Position numbers and translations under genes: made by a program. Under the pieces are notes generated by a model that was not told where the DNA came from, searched no databases, and saw nothing but the letters and a program-made list of their open reading frames with translations. A stretch of DNA of 25,423 nt from a virus (lineage: Duplodnaviria; Caudoviricetes), in IMG/VR virus record IMGVR_UViG_3300022916_000084, positions 1 to 25,423 of that record, one strand, 5' to 3'. Below, one piece after another: positions 24,985 through 25,423 of the stretch; position 1 is the stretch's first letter; each line of letters begins with the position of its first letter.

Positions 24985-25423
24985 ACTCTATATCTTCTAA
25001 CGGCATCACCATCTTTTTCATAGACAATACCGTTTGGATTAATAATCTTTTTGATTCCAATTTTATCAAATATCTTTATCATAAATTCGGTTCTTTTTCT
25101 AAACTTCTTATATTCTAAATCTGGTATTGGATGATGCTCAACTTCAACTTCTTCACAATAAGCAACATCCCATTTAGTTTCATTCTTTAATTGATAGAAG
25201 AATAAAGTATGTTCACCACTAATCTTTATTTCCTCATCCCATAGTAATTCTTTAAACATATCTGTTCTGAATAAACCAAAATTAAATACTATATCAGTAT
25301 ATAAAAAACCTTCTTCATTAACTTCTTTTTCTTCCTTTAAATGATGTAAGGTTTTACCTTTCTTTATTAAACTACCTTCATAATGAGATTTACTAACTCC
25401 ATCATCTAATAAACTACCTCCTA
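24981..25423 (-). CDS. C-terminal part of a glycosyltransferase (B4GALNT/GT-A-like), 5'-truncated by the window edge
   Basis: Frame is open from the window edge (GGSLLDD...HYEGSL) through YTDIVFNFGLFRTD...WDEEIKI.GEH..FF...VAYCEEV.VEH. Confidence 0.7.
   Translation of the reverse strand, partial: GGSLLDDGVSKSHYEGSLIKKGKTLHHLKEEKEVNEEGFLYTDIVFNFGLFRTDMFKELLWDEEIKISGEHTLFFYQLKNETKWDVAYCEEVEVEHHPIPDLEYKKFRKRTEFMIKIFDKIGIKKIINPNGIVYEKDGDAVRRYRV

Noticed and set aside
1-25423. tRNA, rRNA, integrase/att sites, introns or inteins
   Set aside because: No cloverleaf or T-loop context (the GTTCGAA at 14597 lies in a non-tRNA hairpin); terL, portal and capsid are uninterrupted and of normal length

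Overview
AT-rich, 25.4-kb fragment of a tailed (siphovirus-like, HK97-fold) phage or prophage. Essentially all genes are on the minus strand. Reading right to left: a sugar-modification cluster (truncated B4GALNT-like glycosyltransferase, YopX-like gene, SAM methyltransferase, HNH-like gene, GT2); terS/terL; two tiny ORFs; a sigma70-like promoter with a structured attenuator-like leader; portal, SPP1 gp7-like protein, prohead protease and major capsid; two HNH-like genes; head-tail joining genes; tail tube; a -1 frameshifted tail chaperone; a short tape measure protein; tail-tip and fibre genes; then fibre/lectin-like proteins that unexpectedly carry signal peptides or membrane anchors, a holin and small ORFs. 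The best leads are (i) a promoter / anti-antiterminator / antiterminator / terminator RNA switch in front of the morphogenesis operon, whose RNA is also complementary to the start of an unannotated 34-aa membrane-peptide gene 8 kb away, and (ii) a run of secreted or membrane-anchored fibre and lectin proteins paired with glycosyltransferases. All family calls come from motif recognition by eye; no database searches were run.
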